From: Saccostrea cucullata
Lineage: Eukaryota
Length of the DNA stretch: 64,000 nt
Direction of reading: 5' to 3'
Assembly (NCBI RefSeq): GCF_032062105.1
Contig: NW_026928016.1
Span: forward strand, 1-64,000
Part shown: positions 63,744 to 64,000 of the stretch, one piece after another
Layout of the letters: every line of letters begins with the position of its first letter
Numbering within the stretch: position 1 is the stretch's first letter
Translations under genes and position numbers: made by a program
Notes under the pieces: generated by a model
Told to the model about the DNA's origin: nothing
Database searches by the model: none
What the model saw: the letters and a program-made list of their open reading frames with translations, nothing else

Positions 63744-64000
63744 TGTCACAGGGTGACAATTACTTGTTTTTATTTTATTTAGAATATTTAGTTCATTTAA
63801 GATTAGTACAGCTAGCCTAGGTATTTATGTAGTAAATAAGATAGCTGTAGTAAATTCCTTTCATTCATTCATTCATACCTGGTCATTCATTGTCATCGTG
63901 TTTGTATTGTATTCTGGTTTGTCCGGTGTTCCGTGTCACGTGAGTGTTTGGTTGTCACGTGATTGTCTTGTGGTTTATTATTATCCTGGATGTGAGTTGT
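63744..64000 (+). repeat. 3' LTR (partial)
   Basis: Starts TGTCACAGGGTGACAATTACTTG immediately after the PPT. Confidence 0.9.

Larger units (their letters stand above)
54313..64000 (+). mobile_element. Ty3/Gypsy LTR retrotransposon, near full-length and disabled; 3' LTR truncated by the window edge
   Basis: 5' LTR 54313-54981 (TGTCAC..GTGACA), PBS TGGCGCCCAACG (tRNA-Lys) at 54983-54994, gag, pol in PR-RT-RH-IN order, PPT AAAGAGGGGGAGAA, and 3' LTR from 63744. Confidence 0.95.

Overview
AT-rich, intron-containing animal DNA, most likely an oyster or other bivalve (inferred from gene content, Helentron/HINE-satellite repeats, tRNA-SINEs and frequent TACATGTA). I reconstructed six spliced host genes by hand: an 8-exon clan-2-type cytochrome P450-like gene (+, 7729-17929); a head-to-head pair of perlucin-like C-type lectins (-, 18686-25160; +, 25251-29248); MBIP (-, 29404-34443); RNF8 (+, 34744-40753); and PRDX5 (+, 44139-51219). 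The last 9.7 kb is a nearly complete but disabled Ty3/Gypsy LTR retrotransposon inserted into a satellite array. Introns and intergenic DNA are full of nested non-autonomous elements. Most notable: (1) the P450-like gene is full-length with an intact frame (488 aa), yet has Ser in place of the heme-ligating Cys and has lost several other heme-contact or catalytic residues, so it is a candidate pseudoenzyme or non-thiolate P450; (2) a 378-bp element made of two different tRNA-containing mini-LTRs in inverted orientation, flanked by a single 4-bp TSD; (3) the two lectins have ATGs only 90 bp apart and both end in amidation-type Ile-Gly signals; (4) RNF8 carries an extra RGG/acidic/CCHC zinc-knuckle tail. 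All exon boundaries and family assignments were read by eye and need RNA-seq or database confirmation.
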